A DNA stretch of 59,145 bases, the filler included, from Sphacelaria rigidula (lineage: Eukaryota), in assembly GCA_964200075.2 (NCBI GenBank). It is 7 parts of 7 records of this genome, joined end to end, with 100 filler letters (N's around TTAATTAATTAA, not from the genome) between each part and the next. Parts side by side here need not be neighbours in the genome. Positions count along the whole stretch, not along the records: positions 33,858 to 42,220 come from CAXNAA020011383.1; positions 42,321 to 50,683 come from CAXNAA020011384.1; 5 more parts are not named here. The stretch is one strand, 5' to 3'. Below, piece after piece: positions 37,138-50,158 of the stretch. The stretch's first letter is position 1. Every line of letters begins with the position of its first letter. The notes below the pieces were generated by a model. It worked only from the letters and a program-made list of their open reading frames with translations, was not told the DNA's origin and did not search any database. Both the position numbers and the translations under genes were made by a program.

Positions 37138-37721
37138 CTAGAAGAATGTAAATGTGGCCCAATGAATGTACAATATGAGATACTACTACACGCATATGCA
37201 AAGATGCGAATCGCTAGTTGATTTGCGGAATCGAAAAAGCAACGACCACGGAAACGGCTCCATTTTTTGTTCGTCTTGTGATGGTACGATACAGGTTGAG
37301 ATCGAACGTCTGAGATCCCTTTTACGATCAACACCAAACGAGTTCTTCAACCAACATGATCACAATTCAAGAAGCGCTGCACTATATGCAGACAGCTGTA
37401 CGCTGCTTTGCATTGTAAAACCGGCACGCACAGTTCACCCGCACGAGGGAGCGCTTGCAGGTGAACCATCGAATCTGACAAAACAAAATCAGAATATCGC
37501 TGAGCCTTCTTCTCCCTTCTCTTCAAAGAAACGATTGTCAATATTACTGTGCATCCACCTGATCATGTCCTACCCTTGTGTCAGCATCTCAAATTTTCAC
37601 TTCGATTGAGCGACTTTACCGGCCCTTCGAAGAGACTGACCATGTATCACGAATGAAATATAGTATGTTTTCCCCCCTCACCCTCCCGCCCTACCCTGGC
37701 ACGGTTCTTGAAACCTCCCAC

Positions 37722-38036
37722 CTCCACATCCCAGTCGCGTAGAGATCTGGGTACGTAGTCGTAAGGGACAGCTATCCGCGACCCATCCTTCTCCGAGAAT
37801 TTACACTCCCAGCCTACCCACTCCGCTCCCGCGAACGGATCTCCGTGCGCTATTGCTGCTCGATCCCCATCCGCTTGGGGATTTGCGGTATCGCTCGCAA
37901 GAGGAGGTGCGGGGTCACCTGAGAGAGTGGTGGCCATTGTCGCCGAGAGCGCAGTCCCAAGCGCAGAACGGTTTACGCCAGGTGCGACGGTGCCGGCTCG
38001 ACGTGGCAGCCATGATTTGCGCGGGCGTTCTTCCAG
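37722..38036 (-). CDS. Uncharacterised conserved algal/plant-type protein, exon 1 of 4 resolved
   Basis: acgcag|CTG ... GAG|gtggga, phase 0/0. It reads AEWVGWECKFSEKDGSRIAVPYDYVPRSLRDWDVE, preceded by an A/S/R-rich transit-like segment. Confidence 0.75.
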
Positions 38037-39673
38037 CTGCGTATGTAAGCAAGCGAAGACACGAGACGGGGTCACTGTTATTCCTTTTCGATAATACAGA
38101 GGCGGTATGTTGGGAGGTTGGGCGTGGAGACTAGGCGCACCTCGTGCGTGATGGGACCGAAACTTGGACGATGTGTTGGCTGGTACCTCAGCAACGTGTG
38201 ACAGTCACAGGCTCAGTAGCGCAAGCAGCTGCGGGCGCGGCGTGCATTGAAACGGTGGATAACACCGACGCGCCGATGATTCATTTCATTCAACATCGTC
38301 AGTCTGATGGCAGTATTGGGGGGTACGGTATGAATGGGGCACGCAGGCAGAACTGAATCCTGTCAGCCTTGTCATATGATTCTTCGCCCAGTTATGAATG
38401 AAGATCCAACGAAATACAGTTCAGAAGCATCGGTTGAGGCTCCCCTTATATCGGTGAGGGTCTGGGGCTGAACGTTCCCGCTCCAACGCGCTTGAGAGGT
38501 GTAGGCTAAGCTCCTGTCGCGCGCACAAAGCGATTTGACAAGCACCCGTGCCGGTGTGCTTGGCAAGGGGTCAACGTCCCCCTACAGACAGTACCACGAC
38601 TTAGGGTCAGGGGGAGATGACAGTCTGGTAGCCCCAGGGGTGGGCGGTTCGGTACTCTTCTCCATACACTAACTTCGAGTACGCTGCCGGAGGGTCTGTG
38701 CGTCGATATTCGGCGATTGCACTACTTCCACTTCGCCCAGGTCTTGCGGGGTATTTGACGATCTCACCACGTTACATTATATGTGCAAAGTACAGGTCTG
38801 CGTGCATGCCAAAGGGTCCGATGTTTTTCCATGCCCAGCCACTCAAACGTATCGTGTGGCTTCGCTAAAGATGCAGTCATTCAGGCGAAGGAAGCGGCTT
38901 TCCAGTTCCGTGTGCGCCACCTGGGGCGAACGCAACACTTGATCGGGGGCGTCGTGACGTGAGAGAGGTAATGTGACCAATGCCCCCCGACAGAGCCCTT
39001 GCCCAAGGCGTCGATGTTTTGGACGGTGCGCAGTTTCACACACAATCAGCAAGCAGTGCGGAGGGCGCGTTCACGAGGACACGGTGCCAACTTCGTCCTG
39101 TACTCCTCGTCAGCGTCGCGGTTTCACTTGCAACCGCTTGTGACATGCGCAGTTTACGTGCCTCCTGCGTGATGTTAATTTCTCCACCTTACTAGCATGC
39201 CTGTTAAGCCAGCTGTCTGTGCTGATCGTGATCACCCCTCTTGCCACGATATCTTCTGCTCTAAAGCCAGTACAACTGACACTGCAGATCATGACGGTTG
39301 CGACTGGAGTGTACGCGTTCAAATAGGTCATTTTCGCAAAGCCACTACATGATCGAAAAAGAATAAAACTCGGGTTCCGTCGGGTGGGCTGGACGGGAGA
39401 CACTTGTTTTCACCGTTCGTTGTCTGTGTCCGTTGTCCTATTTCTACTGCTTGCGGGAAAGTGAACAACTCTTGGAAAATCTGGCCAGGTTTCACATCCT
39501 TCTCCTACAAAACGCTGTTGCATCTAGGCTCACTCGGCTGCTTGTAATGCTAATCCGCACACTGGAGTATTCGGGAAGCGTGTTACAATAAATGATGTGT
39601 AAGAAACACGTGTAATATACCAGAAATCCTATCACTTTTCTACATCCGGCCAGTTGTGACGGTGAAGACAATG

Positions 39674-39842
39674 CACACCTTAGACAATATATGGTCAATA
39701 GATGCAATAGAGGAGAAGTGTACTACATACGCCTATTGGAACTATTGTCATTGCTTCACGACAATGGTTGCAATAGGCGTATACTTTATGCAGTACACTT
39801 CTCCTCTATTACATCCATTGACCATATATTGTCCAAGGTGTG
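39674..39842. mobile_element. Hairpin MITE, CACACCCTGGAC family, best-preserved copy
   Basis: Near-perfect palindrome cacaccttagacaatatatggtcaatagatgcaatagaggagaagtgtact...agtacacttctcctctattacatccattgaccatatattgtccaaggtgtg. Confidence 0.8.
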
Positions 39843-40880
39843 AAACAATGCCATGCGCCATCAGGGGGAGTCCTCAGGGCGTGCTCGGCGTCCAGATACA
39901 TACTCACATGTCTGTGGCGGGACGGAGGATTCTTTGAGTATCTCGAGCGTATTGATCGCTTATGGTCGTTTGTTTTTCCACTCAAGACTAGAGAGATCGT
40001 AGAAATATTCACCAGGTAGGGTAAACCCTGACGTCTCAAAATTACAACGAACCGTAGCGATTGTATTCCTTTAGAGTCGTTTAGCGTTTCGGGCGATGGG
40101 TGTATATCTCCTCGCCAAACTCCCTTAATAAGCTGTCAGCTAGTGTTGCCGCGCCCACTTGCTCCGCTGTAGCTTTGCCCGTATCTTTGGTGGGGCACTC
40201 TCAGTTTGGTAGCAGCGTTGGCGAAGCGTCAAAACACACCAGGACAGATGATTCACTACAAGGTGAAAAAACTATTAGTGCCCAAACTCATTTTTGTTTG
40301 TTCAGCAGCCACTTGCCACGCGATGGAGTATGACTTTCTCTCGCCCACCCCCTCCGCCTGCGGAACATCCCTGTGCCTGATAGGGGAGGGGTGAAGTAGC
40401 GGTCGAAAGGATTGTCACGGCATGCGCGTAGTAACCCCGCTCAAATTTTTGCTACCCTGTGCGACCTAACATGAATCCGATATCGTACCCATAGCGGCGA
40501 CGGGTGATGGAAGGTGGTGCGATTATGCCATGAAACCGAAGTTGGGCCAGTGGCAGCCACTGTTAGACATGCTAACCAGGGCGCAAACAGTGAACGGGCT
40601 GTTCGAGGAAAAAGTGAACGGGCTGTTCGAGGATTTCACAACGACCAGAGACAATCGAACTCTTTTTCCCTCCTTGTCCTGGGACGCTACTCCCAAATAC
40701 AATTGGTTTTATTATCCACTCTCTCTTGACGGGTTAGTCGCGCGTGCAGGCAACGCTCACCCTGTTCACACCCTACATATCCTTGCTCACCCTCCACACC
40801 CATCCTATATAGCGTTGGCCGTGTCCTTGTGCTTTGAAGGCGTACACTCTACATAAACCCGACTATTTATACATATATTT

Positions 40881-41096
40881 ACATTTCAAGGGCAGGTCGA
40901 GTAGAGTATACTCAATTGCGGGGTATTTCGAAAGACGCACTTGAGGTACTCAAATTAGGGTAGAGTTTGAGGAGTCTTACCCCAAAAATAGCTGGGTAGC
41001 GATCCCTAAAACCCTACCCCCAATTTGTGTACTCCAAGTGCGATTTTAAAATACGCCGCAATTGAGTATACTCTACTCGACCCACCATTGATATAT
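40881..41096. mobile_element. Palindromic MITE (GGTCGAGTAGAGTATACTCAATTGCGG TIR)
   Basis: ggtcgagtagagtatactcaattgcgg (40895) is the exact reverse complement of ccgcaattgagtatactctactcgacc (ending at 41082). Pairing continues inward. Confidence 0.85.
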
Positions 41097-41429
41097 TTTG
41101 CGGCTTACTGATCTGACCCCAGGATGTGCCCTGAAATGGCCAATGCAATATGACGCATTGGGATTTGTAGCACCCGACGCAACAATCGGTACTCGAATCG
41201 CGCACGTGACCGAAGAGAGGACCGCGCGGGCAAAATCTATCCCTCGATGGAGTGTCCCGAGCAACGCGCCGTGTCCAATGAATGCAAGTGAAAAATAATC
41301 ACACCCAGAAGGGGCTCGGGGGGAAACCTCGGAAGGCAGGTCTAATCGGTCGCGGAGTATCGTTGGTTCGGTGCGTGTGCAGGTGCGAGTATGATGCACT
41401 CTGACACTTTCTGTTCAGAAATGCGCCGC

Positions 41430-41960
41430 CGCTCGGGTACACAGGAAACCTAAGGTAAAGAACATGGCGTGTGCTGCGACAGACAACATCACGGTGACTG
41501 GATTATGCTCTATTCTTCGTCTACTGTGTTGATTGTATCGGTACCGCCATGTTCGCCGTACCGCCTCTACAGCCTCCGTCCGCTGCGACGTGACCTTGTA
41601 CCTCGGAATACACAGACAAGTGTCACTCACCCCAGGGCCTGTCATATCTTGGATAGGCATACTTTTCACTTGAAAAATGAATGCAAAACCCAGATGACCC
41701 AATCGGAGGTCGGAGAGTTCTACTTTAGAGCCGGTTATTGTAGGAAGAGGTGACCGTCTCCAAAGATGTTGACTTGAAAAATGAAGACAAGACACCACCC
41801 TGGCGATCAAGCGTCACTTTTAGAGCGGGCGGGAAGAGGTGACGCTCTCCAAAGCAGTTATCCGATACTCGACCATACCCGCAGAAGAAGGGGGAAATGC
41901 GGCGGGGGGCACAGAGAAGATAACACTGTACTGTGCTGCGTTGTACTGTGCGGTACGGTG
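41430..41960 (+). mobile_element. Diverged partial relative of the 48838-50158 foldback element
   Basis: It shares tgtgttga...tatcggtaccgccatgt..ctacagc.tccgtcc and gggggaaa...aagataacactg with ~49160-49545. Confidence 0.55.
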
Positions 41961-44900
41961 CACTTCGGTCTTGTCTATTTACACAGACGACAGCCACCTC
42001 ATGATGGGTCAATTGTGTTTCATGGGCGTGCTATTCACTTCAAAACTGGATGCCCACCGTGGCAGTTCAAGGACTTCATTTTGCAACTGGAGGCAGGAAG
42101 GGGGGGTGACGGTGTCGAAGGGTTTGGTGTAACCTGATCCTTGGTGAAACCCGTAGACAAATGGAACGAACGCAACGGGGGGGGGGGGGAAGATAACACC
42201 GCACTGTAATACTGTACTCCNNNNNNNNNNNNNNNNNNNNNNNNNNNNNNNNNNNNNNNNNNNNTTAATTAATTAANNNNNNNNNNNNNNNNNNNNNNNN
42301 NNNNNNNNNNNNNNNNNNNNGAATTCAAGGGACTGAAAAGCCGTTTCTCCGCTCTTCCAACGGTGGAAAAATAGGGATGGTCGTACTCGTACACGTTCGA
42401 GCTCTTCCCTCAAGGTACATGCGTGCTGTGTTCGGAAATCTCGAGACAGAAAAAATACTGCGCTTGCACTCACCAGTGGTTGAACCAGGAGTGCCCACGT
42501 CGTGATGACAGGAAGTCCTTCCACCATTGCCCATAGTAGATATGCACTGCCGGCTCCTGCCCAGCGGGAGGCGGCAACACAAAAGCGACGCGCATGTCGA
42601 AGCAGAGATTATTTTGGGGTCCTGGACTACAAGCAGGCTCACGACTCTCACGGCGCATCACCTTTTGTGCGAGGTGGAAACAGAGCTGCGGTTCACAAAC
42701 GTTGGTTTGTCCCTCTTGTACTCGAGTCATACTCGGCGAGTGCTTGAGCTTGTTCTCTCATAGATACGTCGATATTGCGACCTCGACTGAATTCAGGGCC
42801 GAGCGTCGGATGTGAGACAATCAGTCGATTAATTCAACAAGCAACACACTACGCAACGATGAACTGGGTAGCACGTCGATGTCGCCTTGCTCGAATAAGA
42901 CATGTGACTTATGCGGCTGGGGCTCATTCTATGCATACGGTCGCCGAGGCTATTCCGAAGGGTACGTAAATTTACAGGGACCCCGAAAAACTACTAGTCT
43001 TCCCCCTGAAAGGTAATTGTTATGTGCCGTGAATAAGAACATGTAGCTGCATCTATGGCTCACCGCTTGTAGAACATTAACAGTGCCCAGCAGGACCAGG
43101 AGGCAGGCTACTACCAGCCCCTTGCCGGCCAGCATCGTTTAGATGAGGAAGGTTGCTGGTCTAGTGTTCTGTACCCGCCTGCCAGACAAATACGATCAAA
43201 CGTCGGCGGTGTTCAGCGACAAGTTGCGTTTCGTCAACCCTTGAACGGGTGTCCGTGCTCGGAGACGTCACAGCCAGGCTTACGGGAACCATGATGACCA
43301 TGTGAGGGTAAGCGCCCATCCTTCGCAAGTCTGACAGTAACCTACCGCAGCACAAAGGACTGAATACAGGTCATCGATTCCACGCTCCGGCGCTCTTTCG
43401 ACAACCAGGATAGAGACTGCAGTGATTCCGTTCACACCTCTTAATCCCGTGAGCAAGTCTAAAATCCTGATGTAGCAAAAATGAATTCACCAATGAGTGA
43501 TGCCGCGACAGACCCCTCCCCAAAACCAGCCCCGAAACTGTCAGGAAGAATATGACCATAAAACGTAGTATCGCTGGTTTCAGATCGCAAAAAGCCCTTC
43601 ATGTGGGCGATAATGGCGAACACTATCCCAGGCGTGAAAGTTCCAGCTACTTGGTGTACTCGGCCTTTCTCGTTTTGATATACATTTACATTCATCTCCT
43701 CAAACCAGTAACTTATCTGGGGGAACTACCGCAGCATCAGTCCAATACGGTAAGCACGTGTTAATTTCGTACCGTAATTCTTGAAAACGAGGGCAGGACC
43801 GGCGCAAATGTTACCTCGTGGACCCTTGTGAACGAGCCTGAAACAAAACCCTGCATCAGTCTCATTTTCCACGCTAATAGTTACGAACGTACGAACGTTT
43901 ACGTACTTGATCATGACATAAAACCCAAGGCCATCGACGCCTGATACGCTGGAATTTAGCCCGATTTCAAGGGATTTGGGGGGGGGGGGGGGGGTGCCCT
44001 ACCCCGCCTACCGGGGAGTTTGGACGGAGGATTCCAAATAAACCTAAGCGCCCGGGCGACTTAAAATAAGTNNNNNNNNNNTGTCGTTTTTGTGGGGGGG
44101 GGGGGGGGGGGGGGGGGGGGGGTGCCCATCCCCGCGTACCTGGGAATTTTGACCGAGGACTCCAAATAAACCGATGAGATCGGGCGGATTTACATAAGTA
44201 CCCATCACCCACGGTCTCGGACTTTCCTTCGGAACAACGAACGTAAAACCTTGTCTCCTAAGTCCTGGAACAGCGTAAGAAACCGCTTCCGAATCTACAG
44301 TATTGAGGATTTTGCCACGGACCACTCGCTAGGATAAAGTAGTATGTGAATAAAAAATATGAAAAGTTCTTATCTGATCCGTGAGTATTGCAAAAATGTA
44401 CTGTCTAACGTCGTGGCAGGGGGCTCTGCGGAATTCGAAATCTGACACCTCACCTACCCCCCACCCCACTCCTTTTGTAAAACATTATTCAGTTGTGGGG
44501 CACCCAGAAGTTGGACAGCAGTGCCGTGGTTTGATATTTCAAATTGTGTGTTCAGGTGGTTCTCACGTCCCTTTGGACAGCACGTGGTTCTGGAAGCCTG
44601 TGGGGCTTTCATCTCCACGAGCTTCAGGTTGTGAGAGGAAGGGGTAGGGGGCGGGTCAGGGGGCGTACTGATTTGGTAAGTGGTGGGGAGGGTGTTCCAC
44701 AGCATGTACGTCATAGGATGCTGGACTATGACTCCATGCACACGAGGGGGCGCACGATGTTTGCTGGATATCACACGCTCAAAAAAGCAGCAGACGACAG
44801 CTTTCGGCCGTTGGTTTCGTTTTTCGACTCTGCGGAGCGCCCTGGTCCTGGTGGAGTACATATCTACACGTGGGAATTCCAGCACATGGAAACAGGATTC

Positions 44901-46479
44901 TCGCTAGTTGAGAGTTCAGCGTTTGACCCAGGAGAAAAACCCACAGAAAAGGAAATCCTAATCCATTCATCAACTGGTGTTGCTTGGGGAATACTTCGCC
45001 GAGCCAGGCGAGGAGCGGCTCGAATGAAGGCTCCCAGCCATGGGATGAGTTTAATGTGCGTTTCTGTTGCATCTGTACAATTTCTGCAGTAGTTTACTAC
45101 CGAAGCCTTTGACATCCCCGACTAGGACATCGACGAGTAGCTCTAAGCATACGGCAGTGCCACAGGCAAATCGACGCATACACACAAAATGCAAAGTTGG
45201 CGAAGTTAGAATGAATCATAAAACTCACTCTCATTCAACACTAGACTCTCAATCTGGCGAAAACCCCGTTTACAGGAGAAACTACCACAGTTAAGTGCGA
45301 TATAACTTGTGACTATTCGGACAACAATAGCGGCTTATTTGAGAAGTCGGTTGGGTGTAGATGCCACTATACAGATAGTTCAACAGGGTTTCCATCCTTG
45401 GATTATCAAAGCACAATGCGCGGTTTTTTATTTCGGCCGCGACATATTCACATGCGCAAATTTCGCTGAACGTAGCGCGTCGTGTTCAATTCATCAAAAG
45501 CCATCACTCGAGCTATCCATCTATGCATCCTTCAGTCGTGGGCACTGGGTGCGACTGCGCTCAGAACCATCTCCAGATGGGAGCTAACGTTCGACGACGT
45601 GAGGAGTCACAGTTTTTGAACGGTGATTTCATCAGGTTTTCCCTACCCCGCTCCGCCCCATCCCCGCGAGCTGGGTCGGGGGCGGGAGTGAATAATGTGA
45701 CAGAATTCGAAAGCGATTGCAACAATACATATTTCTCGCGTGATGATCGCAAAGGTATGAATACCAATACATATTGTTCATGCCGGCCGTGTATGTATTG
45801 AAATGCCATGATGTATCGAGCCGCAGCGACGCAGAACACACTGTTCTGCGGTGATAATATATATTGAACAGAAACCGTGCCAGAATATCGTTTTTCCCTA
45901 TATATATATATATATTATATATATATATAATGCGGAAGCCCATCGCATAGCCATTGTGCAGCCAGTATACATTGAACACGCTCGCGAAGGAACATCGTGG
46001 GTGTTTTCCGCATCTGGTGACCATCCTTCACTGGCGCCCGCGAACACAAAAGTTCCTGCTACGCTGATTCCTGTACACTTCCCAATGGCAAATTGGACCA
46101 GTAATATATATATATATATATATATATATTGCTCCACCAAATATATTGTGACGGACGATTCCCTCGTGTATTGTTTGCCCCATATATATTGGACGCATTG
46201 ACGCACGACATTTTGGGGCGGCAACATAGTGACGCGACCTATTTGCAGATGGGGTATGAAAATAAGAGCGTGCAGGTCGCGAACGCCTCCAGAGCCAACT
46301 CCACAAGAGACCAATTTCAAATACTGAACACGCGAAACAACACTCGTACTCCACAGCAGCTCACAGTTGGGCAGCAACACCGAACGATTTTGTCGTGGGG
46401 CAGGGTATCGCGAACGTAGCGCGGAGATGAGTTCTCTGCTAAGGCGTCATGGACAACAGACCTATCAAGTGAGTGTCAG

Positions 46480-46880
46480 AATGCCGGTACGGCCTCAATA
46501 CTCTACTCAAATTTTGGGTAAATTGGGTACGGCCTCATATACTCTACTCAATTTTTGGGTAGATTGAGTACGACCTCAGGTACTCTACTCAAATTTTGGG
46601 CAAGTACTCTCAGTAATACTTGAGTATAGCGTATCACTTGGGTATGATCCCAATACTCTACTGACATATTCGGTAAGTACTCACAGTAAACTCGAGTGTA
46701 GAGGATCACTTGGGGATGGCCTCAATACTCTACTCAAGTTTTTGGGGAGATTGAGTATGATCTCAAGTACCCTACTCAAATTTCGGATAGATTGAGTACG
46801 ACCTCAAATATTGTCCTCAAATATTGGGTAAGCACTCACAGTAATACTCAGGTATAGACTCTCACTTGGGTATGATGAGT
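46480..46880 (+). repeat. ~40-bp minisatellite (tactctactcaaattttgggtagattgagtacgacctca)
   Basis: Many imperfect tandem units. The same unit occurs at 48600-48830. Confidence 0.85.
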
Positions 46881-48599
46881 AAACGTGACCGTCGGCGACT
46901 TCGTGACGTCACTTCACAGGCTATGTTGAATATATGGGCGAACGATGGCCGCCAATGAGATGAGTGACGTTACGTCGCGTGCTGCAATGAGTATGAGGGA
47001 CTGCTGGCCATCAAAAAAACAAAAAAACGTGGAGATGATTGAACCTATACCTGCCCTAGCTCCCCTGCCCCCACCCATGGCAGTACATACGTCATACCGC
47101 GCAACCTCTTCGATATCAGCTTCAGCACAAAGCGCTACCTATCATCAGTGGGAAATCGATTGGACCGGTAGTTGGGTAGGTATTGTCAAAATGAGCGACT
47201 CTACGGACCGCATATCTGACTCTTCCATGGGAGATCAAGCGGTGGAAACAGTGCAAGACATTTTCTTCAACTGCTCAACACAGCGGTGCCTCCGGGTGGT
47301 ATGACTCTAGGCGAGGATGGTGTCGGGGGGGTGTACTCATGATCATGCATGTCATAGTCATAAGACCATTGACCTCGGACCCCTACAAAGCCGGGACGGA
47401 CCAGGCTCGCACTCAATCACAGAGCGCGGAGCGTCGTGGTGTGTTCGGCGAGTCGCATGACGGGTGAGCTGCATCCGGCTAGGATTGTTCGGCCCGAAGC
47501 CTGCTGATAATCTTTCATTTGGATGACAGCCTACAGTGAGTTGCTTCATTGTCTGGTATCGCCAATTCCTGAGACAGTCACGGCTTATACACTGCCTCAT
47601 GGGTGTCTCACCACTTACACATTACGTAGTACGATCATCACCATTGTGCGGAATTGAGGTTCTCCCACACTGCACAACATGATCTAGCTCGACAAACATC
47701 ATGGTTCCCGCAAAAAACACGCAAGCGCGCGAAAACAAGAACGGCAACCTAGTTCTCTAGCTTACGCAGTGAACGGCGTGTTTTACAGCGTCATCGCCAA
47801 CCGACGCTAACCCCACAAGGGGTCCACCACTACAAAGCCGGGACGGAGCACGCCGGGCTCTCGACGGACCAGGCTGATAGGATGGTGTCGGGCGGTAACT
47901 ACTGCATTTATTTGTTAGTCAGTAGGAGTTGACGGCGATGAAGGGGATTGTGAATATTGTACTGTTTTGTATCGTAGGAAGTGGAACGGTGGTGGCACGA
48001 CATGAGGGTGAGGGGCGAGACAGCAGCCAAGCTGCAGAGATGCGAAAACTATCGTGGGACATTTTTTTCCACAACGGAGCGAGGTGGAATCGTGGAAAAG
48101 AAAAAGAGTCTCGTTCAGCGCCTGGGTCAAATCAGGAGTGTAGTTACACTTGAACCGATCGTTTGGATTCCGAACCCTTTATTCTTTGGGCTCGACAGAC
48201 TGTGAATTCTGAATTTTGTTCTGTGGCATGGTCATCATGTGAGTTCATGACCCTTCCCTTATCAGCTGTTTCCCCTTTACCCTACTAGCAAGCGGGTGAA
48301 ACGCGTCACACACCCAGAGACATGTCCGGATACCCGGGGACCACGCCCGGATATGACTATACACAAGACTTCGACTATTATACCAATACTCCGATATGAT
48401 TTCTACGCTTTCCACAAGTCTCTGCCAGCCTGCAAGGTACAATCCGAACGCCCTTCGAAAATACCCCAAATTTCATTTTACCTTAGTTTTAGTTTCGTAC
48501 GAGTTGGTTATGATCCAAATGCTTCCTCGAATATACTGTATCCGAATATTTGTACAAGTTTGATTCAGCACTAAGCATTTGTGGGCAACTCTAGAAATA

Positions 48600-48830
48600 T
48601 CTGGGTGTTTACTCTATCCCAGTTTGGGTATCTTGCGTACATTGGGTCCAGCCTCAGATACTCCACACAAATTTTCAGTAAATTTGGCCATGACCTCAAA
48701 TACGCTAGTCCTTTTTTGGGTAGGTTGAGTATGACCTCAAGTACTCTACTCAAATGTTGGATAGATTGAGTACGACCTCAAACACTCGACTCAATTATTG
48801 GGTACGTACTCTCAGTAATAATTGAGTGAA
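48600..48830 (+). repeat. Second array of the ~40-bp minisatellite
   Basis: Units such as tactctactcaaatgttggatagattgagtacgacctcaa. Confidence 0.8.
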
Positions 48831-48837
48831 AAAGTTT

Positions 48838-50158
48838 TATGTGCACCCGGGTGCACCATCGGCACCCTGGGACAACGGCAAAAACACGTGCGGCTGGTCA
48901 GTACCGCATGACCCACCGCCCCGACCGTGGTGACTCGAATCACAATTTCAATCGGAGCAAGCGCACAACCAACGCAGAATATATAGTAGTACAAGAGTAA
49001 CATGATGTCGCACTCTCTCTCATCTCTCACTACTCGTTGCGTGGTCGAGTCTGCTTGACTTCCCACTGCCAGCTCGAAAATAAAAAACTGCTCTGTGTTG
49101 ATTGATTCATCATCTCAAAGCTCAAAACAATGTATGAAGGAGGAAAAGCTGCCGCTTTGTGTACCCAGAGAGGCAAAAAAGGTTGAAAGGTAGAGAGCGT
49201 GACGTGTACCGGAACAGACATCACAGCGACTATACGATGTGTTTTTGTTTGTTAGTTGTGTTGAGTCTATCGGTACCGCCATGTGCACTGTGTCGTCCCT
49301 ACAGCATCCGTCCACTGTTTGAACGAATATGGACAACATGTCACCCCGAGGGTGGTTCTCTGCGTCTTCGGCCTAATTTTCACCTCGAAAGTGCCCACCC
49401 TGACGGTCAAGGGGTTAACTTTAACAGCTGGCGGCAGAGAGGGGTCACGCTTGCCGGGGTGTTTGGTGGAATTTGATCCTTCAGAGATACCCATCGACGA
49501 GGGGATGAATGCGCGGGAAGGGGGAAAAAATAAGACGACACTGCAAAGGTACTTCCTGTCTGTACAGCATCGTAAGGTCCTCGATGTTTTTGTTGGGCTT
49601 TCGTGAACCTACATTGACATTTATGCACCCCCCGGTCTGAAGGTTATCATTCATTTTGCTGTAGGGACGGCACGGCGCACATGGCTGTACCGATAGACTC
49701 AACACAACTACCAGACAAGAACATATAACATAGTCGCCACGATCTTGTCTGTTCCGGGTACACGCCACGCTCTTTACCTTGGGTTCGCTGTGCCTCTGGA
49801 TACACAAAGTGGTACCTCTTTTCCCTTCATATAATTTGTTGGTGTGTATCATACATGGATGACAAGGAAGCCAACATAGAGTTTTGAGGTTTGAAATAAT
49901 CAACACGGAGCCTTTTGATTTTCGAGCAGGCAGTGGGACGTCAAGCAGACTCGACAACGCGACGAGTAGTGAAGGGTGAAATAGAGGATGACATAATGTT
50001 ACTGTTGTACTGCTGCAGAGTACTCTACGATGGTTGTACCGTTTCCGACTGCAAGTGTGATCCAAGTCACCACGGTCGGGGCGGTGGTCATGCGGCTCTG
50101 ACTACCACGTGTTTTCGCCATTATCCCAGGGTGCCGAAGGTGCACCCGGGTGCACATA
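48838..50158. mobile_element. Foldback-type element with ~470-bp inverted arms
   Basis: tatgtgcacccgggtgcacc...cactactcgttgcgtggtcgagtctgcttgac...gttgtgttgagtctatcggtac is matched in reverse by ~49655-50158. No ORF is recognisable in the ~350-bp centre. Confidence 0.85.

Noticed and set aside
43970-44205. Tandem duplicated ~110-bp segment after poly-G, across a 10-N gap
   Set aside because: It looks like two versions of the same sequence, one low quality, flanking a scaffold gap. This is likely an assembly artefact.
43459-45115. Several 60-180 aa ORFs on contig 6
   Set aside because: They have no recognisable domains and no phase-consistent exon chain, so they are likely chance ORFs.
46480-46880. 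CRISPR-like regular repeats
   Set aside because: The units are contiguous degenerate copies without unique spacers, there are no cas genes, and the context is eukaryotic. It is a minisatellite.
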